Shown: piece by piece, positions 10,687 through 24,275 of the stretch
Numbering within the stretch: position 1 is the stretch's first letter
Layout of the letters: each line of letters begins with the position of its first letter
Source: Octopus vulgaris
Lineage: Eukaryota
DNA: 64,000 nt
Assembly (NCBI GenBank): GCA_951406725.2
Contig: OX597822.1
Location: 92,566,001 to 92,630,000, forward strand
Direction of reading: 5' to 3'
Made by a program: the position numbers and the translations under genes
Notes under the pieces: model-generated
The model's database searches: none
The model's input: the letters and a program-made list of their open reading frames with translations, nothing else
What the model was told of the DNA's origin: nothing

Positions 10687-13600
10687 TTAAATCTAAATGT
10701 TGAAGTGAATCTAACGGTTTTGTGTGTTTCTTAAATGGCTTATAAATACCTTCAACGCTGCAAAATAAATATAAGCTGAAGGAAAGAGGACAACAGTTTT
10801 TTTTTCAATATCATTTTTACCATAGTGCAAATGGAGCAGCTAAACCAGGACCCACCAAAAAGTAGAAAATTTGTATTTTGTCCTGCTGCCCTTCTAAGTG
10901 CATTCTTTTGGTGTAAGATAAAATGTAAGTTGAAATATTGAAACTACTTGGCAATGTCCAAACAGACGTATTGAATAGCCCTCCCTTTTTTTTTTTTTCT
11001 TAATATTTTCTTTGGATTCATCTATTTTCTACAACAAAAATTAAATGATTTCGTCAAAATAAACAGATCTTCAACTTTTTTTTTCTCCCCACTTAAATTT
11101 TTTGTTTTAAACGTTTTTTTTTCCTAAAAATTTGCTTTTGGGATTCCACGTTTAAAAATGATTCTGGAAAAACTTTTCCCCCTAAAAATTTCAATATTTT
11201 TTTTGCCAAACATCAAGATGATTGCTTACAAATTTCGATTTTCAACTTTCATAAATAGTAAGTATGCAATAAATAAATTAATTTTATTTATTCAACACAA
11301 AAATAACACCAACCACTTCACAGAGTGTGTTAGTGGCACCAGCACTAATGAGCTTGCCTTGTACTCTTATAAGTATCTCTGTTCAAGGTAACATGATGAT
11401 GGGGTGAATCTGAGTGATGGTACAGTAAATGGACATGAGAGAGTGTGAGTGAAAAGATGGGTGAATGAGGGATGAGGGATGAGTGACAGAAGTGAACATG
11501 ATGTAAGAAACAAAATGACAACAGAGATGAGAGGATATCAGAAAGCAAGATGGGAAAAGTTAAGTGATGATACAGTGGATAGAGGAGAGTGTCAGAGATT
11601 AGTGACAGAAACATGAGAGGGTATCAAATAACAAATGAAAGTTTAACAAGAGTATCCTGAATAACAGGCTAAAATATAGGCAGCAAATGGAAAGTTAACT
11701 TTGGGGCAATAAGTCCAAATGTAGCTGTACATACCACCCAGCTTTCACCACTATCATTTTAACATTTTGATACATGTCATGCTTGCATAGGAGAGAAATT
11801 CTTCCCATGTGCTGTATTGCCAAGTGTTGCAACCCTTTTTTGAGGTTCAGCACCCCAAGATCAATTTCTGTTTGTCTGAGGTTTTCTTAAATCTTCTTTT
11901 GCAGAGTTTCTATCCACTGTGAATGTCCTGTATTTCTTATACAGGTGTCATCTTTGGTATAAATGCAGACTTCTTTCTTGCACACTACATCCAAGTCCTC
12001 TTATATCCAGCTTTTTCTCAGTTCGTTTTTGCTACACTGTTCATACTCACTAATGTCACATATCCAACAGACCATACTTGCTTCACACATAAATACACAT
12101 GCATGTACACACATACAAACATATGGGCTCCTGTACAAATTCTGTTCAATCAAAGTTGAACAGAAGGCAATGGTCTAGCCGAGGTTGTAGAAGACACTTG
12201 CAATGGGACTCAACCCAAAACAAATTGTAAAGCAAACTTTTTAACAACACAGCCATGTCTGCACCTACAACCAGATATTAAAAACGTTTCCCCTCTCTGA
12301 AGAAAAGGTTAAGACTATGAACAATTATAATTTTATTAATAACTCATCTCAGTTATTTAGACAATAAAGTTTAAATTCTGATTATTAACAGATATGTATG
12401 AGTGTTTATGCAGGAATTGAACTTGCAAAAGTATTATTTCATGCAGAGATTCTATTGAAGTGTGACCTAGCAGTATATGTTATTTCAAACACATCTAGAA
12501 ATTGAATATTCCTTCCACTCTACAAAGTTTCTTGAATAATTAATGAACTTGTATAAATTAGTGGTTTGGTAAAAGAGACTGATAGAATAAGTAAGCTTAC
12601 AAAGAATAAGTCCTGGGGTCAATTTGTTTGACTAAAGGTGATGCTCCGGCATGGTCGCAGTCAAATGACTGAAACAAGTAAAAGAATAAAGTATGAAATT
12701 GTTGATTTTGATTTCAAAGTGAGATGCTGTGTTCAATGAGTTCCAACTTATTGAACAATTGATTGTCTTTATTAAGGACAATCAATGTTAAATGGATTGC
12801 TTCATACAAGTTGACAATGCAAAATCTGACTCTTCGGATATAAACCTTCTCTATGTTGTCTACAAAGACATATCTGTATGTTTCAGTCTCAGTAAAATTT
12901 AATTAAAGCTAATAATCTTCCCCCATTCTTTCATATAATACCCAATTTTCTACAAGAGCATAAACTGGAAGGCAGTACTTTATGGCCAAATGACCTTGCT
13001 ATCAGCAACTCTAACCAGTTTTTTAAGCAAAGAAATTTTTTTATTGCACCAGTCTTTGAAAATGTAAAGCAACCAGTTGTAATGTCAGCAAGGAATATAA
13101 ACATTTGCATATATGAGCATGCACCCCACCCTACAGAACAGACTTTCAAATAATTTGTCAACAAATTACATTCAAAAGGTATTGGTCAGTCCAGATGTAT
13201 CGTAGAAAACACTTGCCCAATGTCCTAAGCAGTGAGACTGAACTTGAAACCACATCATGAAGCTAACTTCTTAACCACATATAGCCTGCCATTGCCTATA
13301 CATGTACATGTTTTAAATGGCTATCAATGACTACCAAGAAGTAATTATTTCAGATTCTACACACAGTCCCAGAACAAATTATTTGCCAAACAAGTAAAAC
13401 CCCCAAATTTATGTATTTATTTCTTGGTTTACTAACATTCCAGAAAATGTACACTGTTAAATTTCACATCACCAATCAGAGAGGAAAAAAAAGAATTCTT
13501 TTCTTGATTATAGAATAAATTATATATAGATTTGATATTTTAAGAAATAATTTTTATTTAATTGCTGATATTATTTTCTTTTTGCTTTTTGATACCATTA

Positions 13601-13711
13601 ATTTACTAGATAGCTTTATTTGATAAAGTGTACTTAAGCAGTCTGATGTTAAAACAAAGAAGTAGAGTAAAACTCTGTAAGACAGTCACTGATAAATTGA
13701 AATAATCTATT

Positions 13712-14292
13712 TTACATGACTTTCAACCTTTCCAGCAAATATTTAGCACAACTGCTGACTTTTTCAACATTCATTTTAGTATCCAGCAATGGCTGAATGT
13801 GTTTCTCAAATCCTAAAGATGCTGCAATACCAACTGCTACTTCATCATTATGTAATAGGTTTCCAAGCATTACTAAAAGACGGAATATAGCTTCTTGATC
13901 TAGCTTTTCTTCCTCAAAGAGCTTTTTAGTGATTGTCAGGCATTGAGATTTACCATCATGGTCGTTTTTACTGAGGTAGATGATTGAGTAATTCAAAAGC
14001 ACTGTTGTCAAAGCAATCTGGATACCTTTAGTTGCACCAGGTATGCAATTGCTAAGTAACACCCAAATTGAATCCCTTTCACTGAGACAGGCTGTTTCTC
14101 CAGGTTTTTGTACAAAGACGTTAGCCAGTATTCGTAAAGCTACAGTTTTGTTGGCATTTGGCTGCTCAGAGTCAGTCATATTTTTCAGAAACTCAACAAT
14201 CTCCTTGCCATTTCCTGGAGTGCAAAAATATTGATTCACTGCTTCTGATTTAATTGCAATTCGTAAAACATCCAGTGCCGGGAAAATATAAT
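13712..14292 (-). CDS. PLAA: PLAA exon 12 (PUL, p97/Cdc48-binding domain; stop codon)
   Basis: DYIFPALDVLRIAIK...ALRILANVF...IALTTVLLNYS...EAIFRLLVMLGNL...KVSSCAKYLLERLKVM*; 581 nt. Total CDS 2244 nt = 747 aa. Confidence 0.96.
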
Positions 14293-15010
14293 CTGAAAAA
14301 AGGAAAATAATTACATTTAATTAATGCCATTACTTCTAATGATCACTAATCACTATATTATATCATTTAATGACTGTTTAACACAGCTACATTCAATCAG
14401 ACTTGAGCAGAATTATTTGACAATAAAAAACCATATCAATAATTACCTGCCTCAAGTAATTCTTTTAGTCACCTCTCCAAGTAAATTTGTGCTTAGATTT
14501 TTACAAATACTTGAAGTAATGTTCCTGACTACTAATTCAATTGATCGTTAGTTCAAACTTTAATATTTGCCACTGTGTTTAATATCCTTTGGTCTGCTTC
14601 AAGGTTAGAAGTAAGAATGGTACCCCCTTGTAAAAACAAAGGACAAAACTTGCTCACAGAACCATCATAAACAACAAATTGAAAATAGTTACCAAGAAAA
14701 ATAAATGCAGTTGTTTTACAGACCTACTACACTTTTTGTTTATTCTGTTACTGCAAGACTGTGGTCATGCTAGAGCATCATGCTCAATAATTTTTAGTTG
14801 TTTTTATCACTCACAGTATTTAGTCTGGTATTTATTTTATTGACTTTGAAAGGAAGAAAGGACAAGTCAACTTGTTTGGGAAGACATTAGTTGCCAAAGG
14901 AAGTCATAAATACATGTTTGTTCTTTATTTCTTTCACTATTTTTTACAGAATTGTCCCCTTCTTAAAGGGTTTACATTTCCATGAGGTAGATGGTAAACA
15001 TATAAAAATC

Positions 15011-15378
15011 ATACATTATTTACATTCAACGGATATTTGTCTTCATCTTGTTTGTTGTTAATACAACATTTCGGCTGATATACCCTCCAGCCTTTTTAAC
15101 CACTATGCCATATGCCCATGGGCATATGGCGTAGTGGTTAAGAGCGCATGCTACTAACCCCAAGATTCCGAGTTTGATTCCAAGCAGTGACCTGAACAAC
15201 AACAACAACATTGAAAAATACCTTAGGAATGAGAACCCACGTTTGAAATTTCCCTAAGACACGTGAAGAAGGCTGGAGGGTATATCAGCCGAAACGTGTT
15301 AGCAACAAACAAGATGAGGACAAATATCCGTTGAATGTAAATAATGTACACAAATCCTCATCTCTTAAATATAGAACT
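15011..15378 (+). mobile_element. Family C: tRNA-like head + (AAC)n + hammerhead tail, with inverted 5' duplications and TSD
   Basis: A-box TGGCGTAGTGG at 15127-15137; B-box-like GAGTTTGATTCC at 15170-15181; hammerhead at 15258-15300; inverted tail copy at 15012-15093; head palindrome at 15096-15141; TSD atataaaaatc at 15000-15010 and 15379-15389. Confidence 0.8.
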
Positions 15379-15717
15379 ATATAAAAATCCTATTTTAGGT
15401 GACAATTATGAAGTAAAAGTTGAACGAACCAGAAAATTTGAAAATCTAGAATCCAAAATCAATTGCAGTCCCAAGCTTTGTACAACAAATAATCCAATAT
15501 GCACGGTACTTACTAAATGTTTTCATACTACATCGTTTATTGCCAGACATTTTATATAGTAACTGTGCACTTTACAGATGTCACATTAACATTATAATGA
15601 AATGATAGGATGCTTGTGTTTGTATGCATATGTCTCTATAATGAGGTAACAATCAGAAACTGTTCCTATTCTTTTTATCATGTTTAAGCTTCTCAGAACC
15701 TAGCATAAAGCTTCCTC

Positions 15718-16290
15718 TCAACATTTCCACTGGTTCTGCCAGCCCTCCCAAACAAACTCTCTCACCAGTCTTGGGGTAACCTTCTTCATTTTCATACATC
15801 TACCATGAATCCATTTCTCACATCTTGTACACAACACTGCATTTGCAATTACACTCCTCCCACATACACCACATGGATCCACCTTACTCACTAACACTTC
15901 TCCTTCCACCCTGCTCAATATCACCTTTGTCTTTCAAACCCTTGCTTTCAAACACCTTCCATTTCCAAAACTTCTCCCTCAATCCCTCCATCATCTCACT
16001 CATCAGAACAAGGTCATCCGCATACACTATCCCTATTATCAATCCCTCTCTTGCACTCTTCGTTACCACATCAACCACTATTGCAAACAACAACGGTGAC
16101 AACACAGATCCTTGATGCACACCAACTTTCACTGCAAACTCCTCCGACAGCACTAATCCAATACTAACTCTTGTCTTTACCTCCTCATACAAACTCATCA
16201 CTGCCCTCACTATCACCTCTAGTTCACCTCTCTTCCTCAATGGCCACTCAATCACCTTCCTTGGTACCCTATCAAATACCTTTTTCTAGC
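15718..16290 (-). mobile_element. LINE (RTE-like) RT fragment
   Basis: VGVHQGSVLSPLLF...YADDLVL, followed by PCGVCG...VLCTRCEKWIHGRC; frameshifted. Confidence 0.9.
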
Positions 16291-16636
16291 TTGCTCCCTT
16301 TCTTCCTGTAACATCTCTCACCCACCTCTTAATTGCCACCAGGCCAACCAAACAGATTGTGTGTGTAGCTGTTTGCCACAAGGTTTTCTCCTTAGGCAAC
16401 AACCCAAAATAAGCTTGCACTCTGATTTATATAGTATGTTTATACACATACACAGTAAGCTTCTTTTAGTTAGTTTACCAAATCCGCTTCTACTATAGTC
16501 CTAGGCTTTGCTTGACCTAAGACTATAGAAGATACAGTGGGACTGAATCTGAAATCATGTGATTGGAAAACGAACTTCTTAACCACATTGCCATGCTTAT
16601 ACTTATTGAATATTAAAACAAAAAAAGTTAATGTAC

Positions 16637-16780
16637 CTTTAGGCCATTTCAAGAGTGAATTTAAAGTTGTCAATAGTTCTGGTGTAGAAGATTTTCCTAA
16701 GATCAGAGGTGAAAGTTCGTTGATAGAAGATTCTGGAATTTGAAGATGCCCAATTTTCTTGTTGAACTCATGCAGCTTAT
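16637..16780 (-). CDS. PLAA: PLAA exon 11 (PUL domain)
   Basis: DKLHEFNKKIGHLQIPESSINELSPLILGKSSTPELLTTLNSLLKWPK; 144 nt, phase 1-1. Confidence 0.9.
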
Positions 16781-17181
16781 CTAAGGATAAAAAGTAAATT
16801 ACAATAAAATGAGAATTTTTAAAATATAGAGATAGATATACATTTCTATGGAAGCTATTATAGATGCTATTTCAAGTAGATGCATCATTTTCAGTTGTCA
16901 GATCATAGGCCAATGTTGTGGTTTCAATCTAACCTTTTAACCCCTGAGCATGAAACAGAATTTAGCTTCTATAATATCTATCTAATTTCTACACTCCATG
17001 GAGTAGGAGTTAGTCTGCTACTTCTTCATCCTCTTGAGTGGAGCATAAGGCAGCTACTATGGTATCTGCCTATCTTCTAAGGGTGGTGCATAATACAGCT
17101 GCTATATGTCTGCCTAATCTCTTTATCTCTGTGAGTAAGGTTTTATGCAGTTACTACTAAACAACTTTCAAATGCAGCAAT

Positions 17182-17447
17182 CATCATCATCATTTAGCGT
17201 CCGCTTTCCATGCTAGCATGGGTTGGATGGTTCAACTGGGGTCTGGGAAGCCAGAAGGCTGCATCAGGCCCAGTCTGATCTGGCAGTGTTTCTACGGCTG
17301 GATGCCCTTCCTAACGCCAACCACTCTGTGAGTGTAGTGGGTGCTTTTTACATGCCACCCGCACAGGTGCCAGACGGGGCTGGCAAACGGCCACGGACGG
17401 ATGGTGCTTTTTACGTGCCACCGGCATGGGGGCCAGGCGAGGCTGGC
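17182..17447 (-). mobile_element. SINE (same family as 9835-10125)
   Basis: Reverse-complement match with an (ATC)n tail. Confidence 0.8.
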
Positions 17448-17559
17448 AAAAACACTTAATGACAAATCAGTCATCTTGAAAAATAAAAGTGCTTTTAATT
17501 TTAAAAGGCTATTGAAAACTTACAGTGAACAGAGTACAGCATTTTTTAAAAAGTAAAAT

Positions 17560-18780
17560 CAGCATCAGTAAAAAGACTCTAGAAGCAAGCTAATTTGCTT
17601 GCAGAAATGATGTCACAGAAAAGGCAAAATCTCACACTTAGCGAAATACCAGCATGTAAAAATTTTAGCAGGTGAGATGCTGGGACAAGATCATTATAAG
17701 AAATTGAAAATGTTCTACTTGAAGCAAAACAATAAGTTAATGTATTGATGACATCCCATATGACGCTGAAAATGTTTTGTGTGATTAATTGAAAAACAGA
17801 ATTTTTTCCTATCTAGGTCGATGAGGTGATAGATCTTACTAATAAATGCCACTGGAGCTTTTATAAAACTGGTCAATGAACACCAAGTTCAGAAAGACTT
17901 TTCTTGTTGCAACAAATCTCTTGAGACAAACAAAGAAATAGATATAATGTTTAATGTTTATCCTCCAGTGTAAAAACAAGAGGTTTCTCAGGGAAGAATG
18001 GTACTGTACTGATATCTATATTGATGGTGCCCTTCAATGATTTAGCTCTCTAAGAGGTTTTGTTTCTCTTGTAAAACAAGAAAATGCAAGCATTGTCACA
18101 ACACATTGATTTCTTTACAGAGAGGTGCTGATTTCAGAATCTCTGAAAAATGTTTTTGATGCTGCTCCAAAAATGGTTGACTTTATTAAACTAAGATTAG
18201 TTCACTCTAAAATGTTTTAAAATGTGTAAAAACCTGGAAAAAGAGCACATAAATTTCTTCTTAAATACAGAAATCTGGTGGCTGAGTTGAGAAAGAATTC
18301 TAAGAAAAGTGTTTGAGCTCAAGATAAATTATAGGAATACTTTGAAGAAAACAATGAAACAGAGCTTGCCAAGTAGAGCGAAGATAAAAAAAAAAGGCAG
18401 GAGTTAGTCTATTTAGCAAACAGTTTCCATTGCATAAGGTGGACAAGTCACTGTAAGACTTCAAAGAAAATGTATTAGTCTCAAGTAACAAAACTCTTGA
18501 ATTTAAAAAAGACTACATCTTCGGAAAAATATTTCAACTTTGGCTGGAATTTAAGAACAAAGATGGATATCAGAAGTTTTCAAGTCTTCTTGAAAACTTG
18601 AAGAACTGTTGAAGCAAACTAAACCTTATTCTGTTTCCCTTACAACAGAAGTGTAAGATCAGATGAAGGATCTATATGTTGAATTTTCTGCTCACTCTAA
18701 CTTCTTGAGAAGAGGAAGAAATTTGTGAACTGCAATCTGATTGTACATTGCAAATGAGATTTATTGACCTAAGTTAATGA
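17560..18780 (+). mobile_element. Degenerate hAT (Buster/Charlie-type) transposase
   Basis: Broken motifs resembling PACK..MLG, QVDE..D, DGA(P)SM, THCFLHRE, TE.RWLS and LAYLA.IF. Confidence 0.75.
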
Positions 18781-19175
18781 TGAAATCTATGTGTGTTTAA
18801 AGTTTGACTCAGAGTTAAATATTTGTGAAGAAAAAAACAATAACAGGTTTCTCATTAAAGAAGCAAATTTCATTTAACTAAACTGGCTTCAAAAATATAG
18901 CACTGCTTTCATCTATATGAGATTGCTTTCGTTTATCTGATATCTTGCCAATAAAAGATTAAGTTATTGAAGTAGTTATTAACTGTTTATGTGTTGAATA
19001 GAATGTTGGTTATTTATGTTTATTTCTTGTGAACCGATACATTTTCTTTTCTTATTTAGCTTTATAAAATGGCAAAGATTTTTGAGGAATCTTCTAAAAC
19101 AAAACAAAAGTTTTGCAAAAATGCTTCAGCAGTGCACTACAACAACAACGCCAGCTTTCAAGTGGGTACTTGTCT

Positions 19176-19210
<35 letters not shown>

Positions 19211-19381
19211 GGAGAGAGAGAAAGAGAGAGAGAGATTTAGCTTGCAGTCTGACACTTTGTTTACCCATTCAGCAGTGGCTCATCCTGTTGTCATAATACC
19301 GAACTGTGAAACCAATAAAATTATTGGATGGACAAACAGATGGAAAGAAAAATAGCTAAAGAGACTAAGAAATAAACTTAC

Positions 19382-19459
19382 CAAGTATTTGTTTCTCATT
19401 GGCCGCATCAACTGTAAGGAAAGCATACCGGGGAAAAAAGGAGTTGGTTGGAGTGTATT
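19382..19459 (-). CDS. PLAA: PLAA exon 10 (start of PUL domain)
   Basis: QYTPTNSFFPRYAFLTVDAANEKQIL, similar to human [21 protein letters not shown]; 78 nt, phase 1-1, GTAAG donor. Confidence 0.9.
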
Positions 19460-19704
19460 CTGTTAAATAGAAGTGGAATATGGATAATGAGATCTTTGAT
19501 AATGAACAGAGTCTTTAAGAAATTTGAGAAAATCATAATAAATAGAAACAACATTAAATAAAATGTATTTAGGAAACATTAAACATTTCTATATTGAAGA
19601 AAAGAATTAAAACCAATACATTAAATATTTTACTGATCTCCCACAAGTATAATGTATTAAATCAATACCATCACCTTTAATCATAAGTATCTATTAAATG
19701 GGTG

Positions 19705-20089
19705 TGGAGGCGCAATGGCCTAGTGGTTAGGGCAGCGGACTCGCGGTCGTAGGATCACGGTTTCAATTCCCAGACTGGGCATTGTGAATGTTTATTGAGA
19801 GAAAACACCTAAAGCTTCACAAGGCTCCTGCAGGGGATGGTGGTGAACCCTGCTATACTCTTTCACCACAACTTTCTCTCACTCTTTCTTTCTGTTTCTG
19901 TTGTACCTGTATTTCAAAGGGCCAGCCTTGTCACACTCTGTGTCACGCTGAATCTCCTCGAGAACTACGTTAAGAGTACACGTGTCTGTGTGGAATGCTC
20001 AGCCACTTGCACGTTAATTCCACGAGCAAGCTGTTCCGTTGATCGTATCAGCTGTGACCCTCATCGTCGTAACCGACGGAGTGCTCCTA
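19705..20089 (+). mobile_element. Full-length tRNA-derived SINE with 13-bp TSD
   Basis: A-box TGGCCTAGTGG; B-box-like GGTTTCAATTCC; TSD tattaaatgggtg at 19692-19704 and 20090-20102; second copy at 53640-53915. Confidence 0.88.
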
Positions 20090-22211
20090 TATTAAATGGG
20101 TGGCTGGTAAATTCTGATTTTAAAAGAAAGATAGCTGTGACAATTATGCCATTCCAAAGAGCATCAGGGATGTAAGGAAAGTGAAACTGCAATGAGGTTG
20201 GAGATTTGGTTCACTAAGAAGATCTATTCAACAAATTGCTTTTGCCTTTATAATTTATTGCAATAGCCATGATAGTTGCAGGTAACTTGTTTCTGTTGCC
20301 TAACTGTTGGCTATTGGACATTTCTGAAGAATATAGCAAGACAATACAGTAAAGTATATAGCGAAGTACACAGTGCAAGAAACAATATTCTTGTACTCTT
20401 ACTTGTTTCCGTCATTTGCTGGAATACCATCTTGAAGGTTTTTTTCTAGTCGAACAAACTGACCCTAGGACATCTTTTTTTAAAGCCTAGTACTTATTCT
20501 ATCAGTCTCTTTACTGAATTGCTAAGTTATGGGGACGTAAACACACTAACATTGGTTGTCAAGCAGGGTTGGAGGGACAAACATAGACACAAAGATACAC
20601 ACACGATGGGTTTCTTTCAGTTTCTGTCTACCAAACCCACTCATAAAGCTTTGGTTGACCCCAAGGTTATAGTAGGTGGGACTGAACCCGGCACCTTGTG
20701 GTTGGGAAGCAAGCTTCTTACCACACATCCACAACTGCATCTATATCAAAATAAATCTAAGAACACAATGTGAATAAAAGTAAACAGTATTGAATAGAGC
20801 CATAAAAATAAGTGAGATCTAGGGTAAGTGGAAAGAGATAAGTTTCTAGCAAGTTGGGTCATTGAGTTTATTTCAATTATCTAATTTGTAACCATGTCAT
20901 GGTACTTGAAAAAACTATGAACATTGATACTTCCTCCAAAGCTCTCAGATGTAATACCTTCTTTATAAGAATTAATATGTCATAATGGACATATAACAGT
21001 TATTATTCTCCCAAGTAGAATTCGGAATCCATATCGGTTGGTCACCAATTTGGAAGAGATAATAAATATAATTATTTCTTGAGTAGAAATCTATGGTGGT
21101 TAATCCATCACTTATAACTTAATAAGTATTTATCACAATACACAAATCTTAACTCAGGCTGCGTAAATACTGCGGTGAATTATACACCCCAAGATGCTGA
21201 ACATGCATGTACGTTGAAGATAATAAAGCTTGCTCTTTTTCATAGCTATAATAAAGTTTCATAGTTGCAGAAATAAATTTCATCAACAGGTTGATGAAAA
21301 TGAAGAAAAAGAAATTATTTACTAAATTAGTTTATTTATGTACATTTAATATTTGCAGTACATTTTAATAAGTCAAAAGAAGACTGTTGTAGAGAGTCAT
21401 GACATAAAATTTATATTAACTAATTCTTCCATAACTAAACTACAAGAGTTTTAAACAACAATAAAAGACATGGCATGGCAATAGCCAATATCTCAAGAGA
21501 GTGAGTGTCGTGGAATCGAGTGACAACCAACAAACACCGATTAATTTCCAAAAAATCAGGATTTTTATAACTGCTCATACCTGAATTCTAAGAACTGTAT
21601 TTTGTGAAAGATTTCTCTTTGGCGAAAGCTGGAATTCAAATATGGGCAGTAATTTTAACTAATGGGAAACTAACAATTACACCTATTTGGCCAACATGAC
21701 CATGATGTTCCTATTACCGCCGATAAAGGTTTATTATAACTTGTTACATATGCCCTCAACCAAACAAATAGTTAAAATTTTGCGAAAATAAATAATAATA
21801 CAAATATATTTCAATACATAGTTGGAATTAATATTTTTAGCAAGTCAAATTTACAAATGTATCCACATGTTGAACGTATGAAAATAACCACGCATAGTTA
21901 TACATAGTTTTACAACAATACAGCATTCATAGAAAATGTTCAATATAATTTCTCTGGAAAAAATTATGAAATCTTATTTAAAAAAAAAAATATTCCAGGA
22001 ACATAAAAGTCCACAAGGAATATATTCAAACAAACTGAGAAAGTCTTTTGGGAAAATGTACAATTCTACCACTTTTAGTTTTCTTTTTGCTGGTAGGGGA
22101 TTTTAAAATTGACTTGTGGATCTTTTCCTCAACCTTAAGTTTGCTGTTTTGTGAAATGTTCTGTTTGGAGATATTTTGAAATGTGTTGCTTAAATTTTTA
22201 TTCTTGTGACA

Positions 22212-23200
22212 TTAAGACTGGTCAAAATAAGCCTTTTTAACTCTGTCTAAACTGACAACTTCCTTTTGACCATGCATATCCAAAGTCATAATTTTATCTT
22301 TAATTGACAAAACTTTAAAAGGTCCAGTGTATTTATAATTCAGTGAATGATGACTGGCATCATTACGTACAAATACATGAATCCAAGAATTAACATCTGA
22401 AGAGACGAAACTTTTGATATTTTGTAATTTACTTGTAAAAGAAGGAACATCAGAAAGAAATCTTTTGAGCTGGGTTACATAATTGTTAATATCTCCGTTA
22501 AAAGAATTGGTTTCTTCAAACATTTGACCAGGTAGAGTTAATGTTCCGTACAGAAGTTCAACAGGAGAATATTGTAAACTTTCTTTGACAGCACTTCTGA
22601 TTCCCAACAATGTCAATGGTAAGGCTTCTAATCAACTGTAAGAATCAGAATAAGTTCTTAATGAAGATTTTCAACTGCCTATAAAACCTTTCTGTCATGC
22701 CGTTAGATTGTGGATGATAGGAAGTAGTACGAATTCTATGAATTCCCAACAATTTGTTAAATTCTGTGAAAATTGTAGACTCAAATTGTCTTCCACGATC
22801 TGTTGTCAATATGTTGGGTATGCTGAATCTGGACATCCAATTGGTAAATAAAGTTCTTGCTATAGTCACCGCAGATATGTCTTTGATTGGATAAGCTTCT
22901 GGCCATTGTGAAAAACGATCCATACATGTTAACAAATAACTACTACCTTCCACAAGAGGCAATGGTCCAATTATGTCAATATGAATGTGTTGGAATCTGG
23001 CATAAGGATTTGCAAAAGTACCTAATGGTGCTTTAATGTGATGATTCACTTTTGCTTTTTGAACCCAAGAACGAATATCCTTATTCATACCAGGTAGACA
23101 AATCGACTTGATATTAATTTTAATGAAGTTCCAATACCAGGATGAGATAAGTTATGTAAGGTAGAAAAAACAACTTTTCTATGCTTTTCAGGCACAAATG
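22212..23200 (-). mobile_element. Gypsy LTR retrotransposon integrase remnant
   Basis: HIDIIGPLP...YLLTCMDRFSQWPEA...TTDRGRQFES...TTSYHPQSNGMTER (rve), plus C-terminal YTGPFKVL...VSLDRVK. Confidence 0.9.
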
Positions 23201-23360
23201 CTCTAGAATTAATTGAACTATGACCCTTTCTGTGACTTCCATCACCTGGTCTAACAATTTGATGCCTCTATAATTATTTCTGTCTAAGACATCACCTTTG
23301 CATTTGTAGCAGTTGACTATAATGTTATTAACCAACTGTTGGGTATGACTCCCGCATAGA
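23200..23360 (-). mobile_element. LINE RT N-terminal fragment
   Basis: IVNCYKCKGDVLDRNNYRGIKLLDQVMEVTERVI. Confidence 0.75.
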
Positions 23361-23840
23361 CAACCTGACCAATATTTAATAACAAGGATATTCCAACCCA
23401 TGCCAGCATGGAAAACTGACATTAAATGATGAAGAGGATGACTTAATGGTAAATATTTTATGGATTTCAGAAAGGCAAGTTGATCAACAGTAGATCTTGC
23501 CTCAAATAATACTAGCTACATATATACCATATTCAACAACTTCATGTCAGATGATTTAAGTTTTCTTATATTCATATAAAGGAAGAGCAGCAGCACCCAA
23601 ACTGTTGAATTTAATGTGCGTGTGCGTGTGAGAGAGAGATCCAGTAACATTGTGAATAAAGGAAGAGACTACAATGGAATAAAAGAGTTTCGACAACAAT
23701 TAACAAAAAGAATGTTTTACTATCTTTTGACTGACACATGTTAAATACCAGAACCTAATGGAATATTTCTATTAAGGGAGTTACATGGCAGGGTCTTTAG
23801 GGTGTTTGAGAGAATGTTTAGTATAATATTTATTCTGACT

Positions 23841-24275
23841 AAGGTGGCGAGCTGGCAGAAACGTTAGCACGCTGGGCGAAATGCTTAGCGGTATTTCATT
23901 TGTCTTTACGCTCTGAGTTCAAATTTTGCCAAGATCGACTTTGCCTTTCATCCTTTTGGTGTCAATAAATTAAGTACCAGTTGCAAACTGGGGTTGATCT
24001 AATCGACTGGCCTCCTCCCCACAAAATTTCAGCCCTTGTGCCTAGAGTAGAAAAGAACATTAAAGTGGCGAGCTGGCAGAAATGTTAGCATGTTGGGTGA
24101 AATGCTTAGCGGTATTTCATCCGTTGCTACGTTCTGAGTTCAAATTCTGCCATGGTCAACTTTGCCTTTCATCCTTTCGGGGTCGATAAATTAAGTATCA
24201 GTAGTGTACTGGGGTCAATCTAATCAACTGTTCCCCTTCCTAAAAAAATTTTGAGCCTTGTGCCTAGAGTAAAAT
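23841..24275 (+). mobile_element. Two tandem Nin/Deu-domain SINEs
   Basis: tRNA-like head ggcgagctggcagaa...gttcaaat, then the core gactttgcctttcatcctttcggggtcgataaattaagtaccagt, present twice. Confidence 0.85.

Larger units (their letters stand above)
10428..10763 (-). mobile_element. Family A element: 130-bp inverted arms (10491-10620 / 10634-10763), 63-nt tail, TSD
   Basis: Near-perfect inverted repeat with a 13-nt spacer; flanking direct repeat aataaatata at 10418-10427 and 10764-10773 (13 bp if the shared caa is counted). Confidence 0.88.

Noticed and set aside
10491-10763. pre-miRNA or MITE
   Set aside because: Arms are too long and multi-copy; the asymmetric tail and 10-13-bp TSD fit retro-insertion, not terminal inverted repeats.
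13400-13620. A specific PLAA polyadenylation signal
   Set aside because: Several minus-strand AATAAA candidates (e.g. 13615-13620, 13553-13558) in AT-rich DNA; cannot choose without transcript data.
15120-15192. tRNA gene (similar heads at 19705, 23841, 26700, 63502)
   Set aside because: A/B boxes are present but there is no complete cloverleaf; the heads are attached to SINE bodies, several with TSDs.
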